A stretch of DNA of 64,000 bases from Candidatus Aquilonibacter sp. (GTDB taxonomy: Bacteria; Verrucomicrobiota; Verrucomicrobiia; Limisphaerales; UBA11358), in NCBI GenBank assembly GCA_035504945.1, contig DATJRH010000011.1, positions 3,448-67,447 on the forward strand, in the 5' to 3' direction. The position numbers and the translations under genes were made by a program. Of this stretch, positions 58,575 to 64,000 are shown piece by piece. The stretch's first letter is position 1, and each line of letters opens with the position of its first letter. The notes beneath the pieces were generated by a model. It was given only the letters and a program-made list of their open reading frames with translations. It did no database searches and was not told where the DNA came from.

Positions 58575-59563
58575 CCGCGTAACTTTTGACCAAATTCCAA
58601 GTATTCAGGCAAAGGATAGATTTGCTTCTTTGCCGGCAATAAAATTTCATCCCGCAATGCTGCCTTGAACTCGGTTTCACCGCCATGCCAACCGATCATA
58701 CGCAACCGCAGAAATTCTTTTTCGCTGCAAATTATTGCATAATTTGGTTGAACCGTAATTAGAGCGTGGTCAAACGCGCGATGGTGGAGAGCGCAAAGAG
58801 AAAGCCCATTTTTGATTTCATCTGTCCCGCGTTCATGCTCCACAGGAACGATGTGCGCTGCGTCCAACAAATCCAACTGAACACCACAAACGCAGCAGCG
58901 ATGACTGTATGCCTTCAAAACATTTGCCCGAAAACGAGCGTCGCGAATTTTTCGATTCACAGTCTGCAAAACTTGCCGCCGCTCTTTTGGTTCGATGTCG
59001 TCAAGGTCAAAGTCCACCGCCTCTTCGCGCGAGATTCGTTCTAATGCTTTGGTTTCGAGAACTGCGGCTGACGTTTGGTGCAGTTCCGATGAGCCTAAAA
59101 CGTATGAGGTGAAGAAATCAGGGCGAAATGCAATCGCGACTTCTTGATTGTCCCGGGCCTGTGGCGCGAATCCGTTCCTGACCGCTTTTTCCAACGCCTC
59201 GCGTTTTATTTGAATTGATGGCGACCGCCCCTCCATCGAAATTTGATGTTTGGTTGCGTCGAAGCCCGCAAAAACTCTCAAAGCATCTGACCATCCCAAA
59301 AGCAGCGTTTTCCAACCTTCACGAAGTTCAATTTGGCTAACGCCAGTTACCTGAATACGAAACTCATTCGGGTCTCGCGGAAATCCACCGTGCGTCAAAT
59401 TCCAGATATAAACCAGCAACGAAACCTTTGTATCTCCTTTGAAAATGGATAACGCAAACGGATGGTCGTCGCGTGATGATAAAATCAAAACGTCCCATCC
59501 ACATGCGTGAATAGCTTCAATGACGAGATCGAGCAGTCTTGGTTTTTGTAGGATTTTTGCCAT
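58562..59563 (-). CDS. HNH-family restriction endonuclease candidate
   Basis: CCVCGVQLDLLDAAHIVPVEHERGTDEIKNGLSLCALHHRAFD (HNH_2-type motif) in the C-terminal third, with a ~200-aa N-terminal domain of unknown specificity. Adjacent to a methyltransferase. Confidence 0.7.
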   Translation of the reverse strand: MAKILQKPRLLDLVIEAIHACGWDVLILSSRDDHPFALSIFKGDTKVSLLVYIWNLTHGGFPRDPNEFRIQVTGVSQIELREGWKTLLLGWSDALRVFAGFDATKHQISMEGRSPSIQIKREALEKAVRNGFAPQARDNQEVAIAFRPDFFTSYVLGSSELHQTSAAVLETKALERISREEAVDFDLDDIEPKERRQVLQTVNRKIRDARFRANVLKAYSHRCCVCGVQLDLLDAAHIVPVEHERGTDEIKNGLSLCALHHRAFDHALITVQPNYAIICSEKEFLRLRMIGWHGGETEFKAALRDEILLPAKKQIYPLPEYLEFGQKLRGWSN

Positions 59564-60479
59564 AGGGGATAGATGCCTCCTTTAAGAGGAGTGGTTGTTC
59601 GTCTTCCTGAAATCTCATTTTTGAACCTCGGATGTAATCTTCATTGATTTCCATTGTCATCCAATACCGCGCCATGTGTTCCGCAGCCTCACCAGCCGAG
59701 CCAGAACCGCCGAAGGGATCAAGCACCATGTCGCCTTCGTCGGTGAGAAAGCGGATGAAAAATTCGGCAAATGCAACCGGAAACCGCGCCGGGTGCAATT
59801 GCAAATTGTTTTCTTTGCACCGCCGAATGTAACCGCTGTTGCTTTCGGAATTTGCCAACGCCAGAACATTGGGTGCAATAGCTCCTCCGTTGTTTGTCAG
59901 AAACGAGGTTGGGCTGATGTCGTGCTCCGATGGTCTGCGACCGGCGTTGTAAGATTTGCGATTCAGCAAATCTTGCATCGCGTCGCTGTAAGCCAACAAA
60001 ACTTTCCGATTGTCGCTCTTGGGGTTTTCTGTCTTGCTTAACCACCAAACAACGTTGACAGAATCTTTCAGCCGGACGCGGCGAACCGTAACCCACTCGG
60101 CAGGCGTAGGCAGGCGCGTTGGATTGTAGTGAAACAATTCTTGCGCCAGATGAAATCCTCCCTCGTTGCACAGTTTGATCAACAGTTCATATTGGTAAAG
60201 CGAGCGCGTCGGCGCGCCTTTGCGGTATGCACCTCCCAAATCCAAAACGAAACTTCCGTCACTTTTCAAAATTCGGTGAATTTCGTTCGCAAACGGCATG
60301 AACCATTGAACATATTCGTGGTCTTCTTTATTTCCGTAGGCTTTTTTCCGGGTGAGCGCGAATGGTGGAGAGGTTACGACCAAATTGATTGATTCATCAG
60401 GAAGTTCTTTCATCAATTCCAGCGAATCGCCCAAAAGAGCTTTCCCGTATTCGGTCTCGAAATATGGTTCGGTTTGCAT
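59517..60479 (-). CDS. DNA methyltransferase, beta class (SPPF, so N4-cytosine or N6-adenine)
   Basis: NLVVTSPPFAL (motif IV) and VLDPFGGSGSAGEAAE (motif I). 47-nt overlap with the HNH gene. Confidence 0.85.
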   Translation of the reverse strand: MQTEPYFETEYGKALLGDSLELMKELPDESINLVVTSPPFALTRKKAYGNKEDHEYVQWFMPFANEIHRILKSDGSFVLDLGGAYRKGAPTRSLYQYELLIKLCNEGGFHLAQELFHYNPTRLPTPAEWVTVRRVRLKDSVNVVWWLSKTENPKSDNRKVLLAYSDAMQDLLNRKSYNAGRRPSEHDISPTSFLTNNGGAIAPNVLALANSESNSGYIRRCKENNLQLHPARFPVAFAEFFIRFLTDEGDMVLDPFGGSGSAGEAAEHMARYWMTMEINEDYIRGSKMRFQEDEQPLLLKEASIPYGKNPTKTKTARSRH

Positions 60480-60521
60480 CAGCGATTTGATTTTACTCGC
60501 AGGGAATTGAATGGTCGAGCT

Positions 60522-60908
60522 TTAGGCGGTCGGGTCGCAGTGGAGATAAAGCGAGCCGGTGGGTTTGAGGACGCGGCGGAGTTCGACCAGGCGCGGGCAC
60601 ATCATGGCGAGGTAGGCCATCATGTCGTTGGTGCCGAGAAAGGTTTTGAACGCCTGCATGACTTCGCCGACCTTGCCGGGCTGGAGAATCAGTTCCTCAT
60701 AAACGCGCTGGCTTTCCTGATTCCACGTCCAGGTGTCCTCAAAGGCGCGAATCTGGCTGGCGGCGGCGGAGCCGTCCTTTTCCTGAAAGAAGGCGTTGTA
60801 GTTCTGGGCGGAGTTGAAGGGCGGATCGAGATAAACGAGGTCAACGGATTCATCCTTGAGGTAACGCCGGAGGATGTCGAGGTTGTCGCCGTAATAAAGC
60901 GTGCCCAT
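60522..60908 (-). pseudogene. N-terminal part of a methyltransferase-Mrr fusion (locus B)
   Basis: MGTLYYGDNLDILRRYLKDESVDLVYLDPPFNS...MCPRLVELRRVLKPTGSLYLHCDPTA, then TAA where homologues (compare 39490..39852) continue SHY.K..LD.IFG. Confidence 0.65.
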
Positions 60909-60920
60909 TTGAGAGTGGAT

Positions 60921-60969
60921 GGTTGAGGGTTGAGAGTTGAGAGTCAAGGCGGAAGGCGGAGAGCGGCGC
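60921..60969. repeat. 7 x 7-bp tandem repeat 12 nt upstream of the 60908 start
   Basis: GGTTGAG GGTTGAG AGTTGAG AGTCAAG GCGGAAG GCGGAGA GCGGCGC. Confidence 0.75.
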
Positions 60970-60998
60970 AGGGGAAGCGAGGGCTGGGAGCCAGCGGC

Positions 60999-61033
60999 TT
61001 GAAGTCCGGGCAAAACGTGACAAAATTAGAGGA
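60999..61033 (+). promoter_or_regulatory. TTGAAG-N16-CAAAAT-N7-GTG promoter abutting the start of 61034..61780
   Basis: TTGAAG at 60999-61004, CAAAAT at 61021-61026, GTG at 61034. Confidence 0.45.
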
Positions 61034-61780
61034 GTGAGCATAAAAGCCATCGGATTCTTCATTTTGCTGTCCGCCGCCCTTCCGGCCCGGGCGGAGACAA
61101 ATCAAACGCTGTTTTGCTGCCGGAACCCCATCCGCATCTTCAACGAAAGCGAGACGGTGAACCTGACACCGCTGTTCCAATGGTGGAAGCAGCAGGCCGG
61201 CGGAAAACCGGGCGCGACGGCGGAAGCGGATTATGCGGAGGGGAACCGGCCGCTGTCGGCCTGGAAACGGGTGACGGGCGTGAAGGTGCGCCAAACAGAA
61301 TACGCCTGGGTGATGAACGCGGAGGTGGCCACCAGCCCCACGATCCGCACGAACGAATGGATCATTCTTCAGCATCCGCCGACGGCGGAGGAACAACGGT
61401 ATAACAATTTGAAGCCATTGCCGGACGAATACAACCGGCAGATCACGAACGACGAGCACACCTATCAAACCGATTTGAAGGCGGAACAAGCCGCGGAAAC
61501 CCGCGCCAAAACAGACGCCCGTTCGTGGGGCTGGAAGACCCGGTTGAGGGCAAACGGTTACGACCAACAGGCGGAGGAGGAACGCGCGGCGGCGGACGCC
61601 GCGTTGAACGACGAGAAGCAAACGCAAGAGGCGCTGGAGCGGACGCAAAAGGAGCTGGACGCCATTCCCAGCGTCAACGGCCAATATCAGGTGGATTGTT
61701 TTGCGCTGGAAACCGGGCGGAACAGCCAGGGGCTGCCCATTTTCGACCCGGGCGAGGTGGCGAGCGCGAATGCGCCCTGA
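61034..61780 (+). CDS. secreted hypothetical protein with a charged coiled-coil C-terminal half
   Basis: Signal peptide MSIKAIGFFILLSAALPARA. Coding-like composition. No motif recognised. Confidence 0.6.
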   Translation: MSIKAIGFFILLSAALPARAETNQTLFCCRNPIRIFNESETVNLTPLFQWWKQQAGGKPGATAEADYAEGNRPLSAWKRVTGVKVRQTEYAWVMNAEVATSPTIRTNEWIILQHPPTAEEQRYNNLKPLPDEYNRQITNDEHTYQTDLKAEQAAETRAKTDARSWGWKTRLRANGYDQQAEEERAAADAALNDEKQTQEALERTQKELDAIPSVNGQYQVDCFALETGRNSQGLPIFDPGEVASANAP

Positions 61781-61858
61781 ACGCCAGACACGGCGGCAAA
61801 TTGGCCGCAGAGAATTAAGCTGAGGATTGACAGTTGAAGGAATAGCGCCTGCTTAACA

Positions 61859-62452
61859 TCAAATCCGGGAAAGCACCCGTTCGACCTGCTCCGCGTGCAA
61901 GGCCGGCGACCCATCCGTCCAAATCACAAAATGCGAGCGCGCAATTTTTCCCTCCACGGGCAACTGGGCGGCGATGCGCTGTTGAATTTGTCCGGACGGC
62001 CAGCCGCGGGCGAGCAGGCGTTCGCGCTGGACGGCGGCGGAACAGGCGACACAAATGATTTTGTCGAAGTGCGATTCGGCTTTGGTTTCAAACAGCAGGG
62101 GAATCACGACCACCGCCAGCGGATAATTTTCCCCGCGCCAAGCTTCGATTTGGGCGAGCCAGCGTTCGCGGATTCTGGGATGAAGTATGGCCTCCAATTG
62201 TTTGCGGGCGGCGGCATCGGCGAAAACAAGGTTCGCCAGCTCGCCACGGCGCAACTGGCCGCCGGCAGCAATAACTTCCTTGCCGAAAGCATTCTGAATT
62301 TCGGCCAGCGCCGGTTGGCCGGGCTGAACCAACCGGCGGGCAAGTTCGTCGGTGTCCACCACCTGCGCGCCACGGGCGCGGAGAAATTCCGCGGCGGTGG
62401 ATTTGCCCATGCCCACGCCGCCGGTCAGACCGCAAACTTTCATTGGCGGCAA
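61859..62452 (-). CDS. coaE: dephospho-CoA kinase
   Basis: VCGLTGGVGMGKSTAAEFL P-loop and family-typical length. Lies 5 nt downstream of the peptidase gene. Confidence 0.85.
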   Translation of the reverse strand: MPPMKVCGLTGGVGMGKSTAAEFLRARGAQVVDTDELARRLVQPGQPALAEIQNAFGKEVIAAGGQLRRGELANLVFADAAARKQLEAILHPRIRERWLAQIEAWRGENYPLAVVVIPLLFETKAESHFDKIICVACSAAVQRERLLARGWPSGQIQQRIAAQLPVEGKIARSHFVIWTDGSPALHAEQVERVLSRI

Positions 62453-62457
62453 GGGCT

Positions 62458-64000
62458 TTACGGCCCGAGCACCGCGCGGTAGAAGCGCTCGCGGTAATTG
62501 GTTGAATCCAGATTAGTGAACGTGAACGGCGAGGTGAACGGCGGAGCGCTGGTGTAAATATTCACCCAATCGGCAGAAAGCAAATTAGTGGAAGCCTGAA
62601 TAATGACAGAGGTGGCGGTGTTATTTGAAATCGTGAGCGCGAAGCCACCGTTGGCGGCGCGGAAATCGCCCGAAATCTGCAGACTGGGCGACACGACATT
62701 GATGGTGGCGGTGGCAAAGCTGTCATCGGAATCCGGGTCGGGCGTGTCGGCACTGACGATGGCGGTGTTCGGGATCGCGCCCAGACTGTTTGCCTCCATC
62801 GTCAATGCCAGTTGCGCGCCAGCACCGACAAAGAGCGTGCCGACGTTCCAAGTCAACTGAGAGGGGGTGTTGTTGACAGAACCCTGCGAACTGGTGCTGG
62901 AAAGAGGCGTGACGCCGGAGGGCAGAACATCCGACACGACCACGTTGCTGGAAATCGAAGGCCCATAATTGGTCACCGTGATGACATAAACGAAATTGCT
63001 GCCAACCAGAAGACTGGCGGGGGTGGCCGTCATCGAAAGCGCGGTGTCAGCCGCCGAGCCAACCGGGCTGCCCAAGGTCAGGGTGACGGACCAGCCATTG
63101 GAAATAATGCCGCCGTTATCCGGCGCGTCGCCCTGCACAAAAAGCTCCCAGTCGCCGTTGGGATTGCCGCCCGACAAGGCGGCCAGATTGGTGCCATAGG
63201 AAGGAAGGGGAAGGGGGGCGGAAACCTGAAGGGGGAAATTTCCGGCGGTGGCCGCGAGGGCATTGATCAAATTCATCCCGTTGGGGGTACCCAGTCCGGT
63301 ACAAAGGTCGTAACCATTGGTGGCGTAAAACAAATTCGGGCTGCCGTTCCAAGTATTATTGCCAGTCGTGATGTCATGAAAACAGTTTGTGTAGCTGGCG
63401 CTGTTCGCAATCGCATAAATAGCCGGATTGAGAAAGCCAATGGAAGCATGACCGTCGATGGCAGCCTGCTGGTTGGCCAACGCCAGAAAGCCGGCCCACA
63501 ACGGCGCGGCGCAACTGGTGCCACCCACGCTATAGTCCACGCCACCGTCAGCGACGACCAGCACGTTATCCGCCGTCAAGGCGACATCAGGCGTATTGCG
63601 CATGGTTAGCGAACCACCCACAGCGGCCATATTGATGTTCGTCTGCCAACTGGGAATCGAATAATAGCTGCTGATGCCACCGCTGCTGCCAATGCCGTCA
63701 AGGCCATATTCAACCCCCCAATTCCAGACGGTTTCCGAGGCATAAGAGGCGCCTACGCCGTTCATGGTCAAGGTCGTGCCGCCCACCTGGGTGATATACG
63801 GACTGTCAGAGGGAGCATTGAAGGTATTGGGATTGTCAACGCCATTGACCGAACCGGCTCCAGCGGTGAATGCATCGCCATCGCCGGAGGCATTGAAATA
63901 TGTTTGCCCCTGCAAAGCCATCTGCTGAAAAATTTGATCCGTCGTCGCGCTGGGACCACCCAGCCAACCCCACGAAGAACTGAGCTGCCGAGCCGCATCA
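62458..64000 (-). CDS. S53 (sedolisin/kumamolisin-like) serine peptidase with DUF11-like and FYR-type C-terminal modules, partial (5' end beyond the window)
   Basis: GGTSCAAPLWAGFLALANQ catalytic serine block. The frame is open to position 64000 (hand-checked: ...AARQLSSSWGWLGGPSATTDQIFQQMALQGQTYF). Ends in RERFYRAVLGP. Confidence 0.8.
   Translation of the reverse strand, partial: DAARQLSSSWGWLGGPSATTDQIFQQMALQGQTYFNASGDGDAFTAGAGSVNGVDNPNTFNAPSDSPYITQVGGTTLTMNGVGASYASETVWNWGVEYGLDGIGSSGGISSYYSIPSWQTNINMAAVGGSLTMRNTPDVALTADNVLVVADGGVDYSVGGTSCAAPLWAGFLALANQQAAIDGHASIGFLNPAIYAIANSASYTNCFHDITTGNNTWNGSPNLFYATNGYDLCTGLGTPNGMNLINALAATAGNFPLQVSAPLPLPSYGTNLAALSGGNPNGDWELFVQGDAPDNGGIISNGWSVTLTLGSPVGSAADTALSMTATPASLLVGSNFVYVITVTNYGPSISSNVVVSDVLPSGVTPLSSTSSQGSVNNTPSQLTWNVGTLFVGAGAQLALTMEANSLGAIPNTAIVSADTPDPDSDDSFATATINVVSPSLQISGDFRAANGGFALTISNNTATSVIIQASTNLLSADWVNIYTSAPPFTSPFTFTNLDSTNYRERFYRAVLGP

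Overview
High-GC bacterial chromosomal segment. It is probably from a Verrucomicrobiota/PVC-type genome. That is an inference from two Gloeo_Verruco (GloVer) repeat proteins, a prepilin-like H-X9-DG protein, the DapL lysine route, LolCDE and many signal-peptide proteins. About 50 credible genes. Housekeeping genes: UvrD-family helicase, dsbD plus a thioredoxin, two pseudouridine synthases, rnhC, mutY, cysteine desulfurase, dapL, folD, lolC/E-lolD, rhomboid, purB, LpxH-like phosphoesterase, xth, IscA/HscB, glgB, coaE. Accessory patches are interspersed. (i) 14.8-18.2 kb: DUF3592 gene plus a type II R-M system (methyltransferase and an HTH-fused PD-(D/E)xK nuclease), bracketed by inverted copies of a mosaic repeat. 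(ii) 33-39.9 kb: a 21-bp tandem array, a tail-fibre-like glycine-rich protein, and an R-M cassette nested inside a decayed methyltransferase-Mrr fusion gene. (iii) 44.25-45.04 kb: a zeta-like ATPase plus small-ORF cassette inserted at the purB 3' end, with a 96-bp duplicated gene end. (iv) 47.0-50.4 kb: pseudogene and repeat debris between a second inverted repeat pair. (v) 57.7-61.0 kb: a second, unrelated R-M cassette nested inside a paralogous methyltransferase-Mrr gene. I recognised no rRNA, tRNA, CRISPR, integrase or transposase. Eight secreted proteins share a ~70-aa module ending in (R/Q)F(Y/F)R. Intergenic DNA carries a mosaic REP-like repeat family and short phased tandem repeats just upstream of start codons. 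Many operon-leading genes have a -10-like box 6-8 nt before the start codon, which suggests leaderless mRNAs. Many long ORFs in the supplied track are antisense shadows of real genes. All functional calls rest on motifs I recognised by eye. No database search was run.
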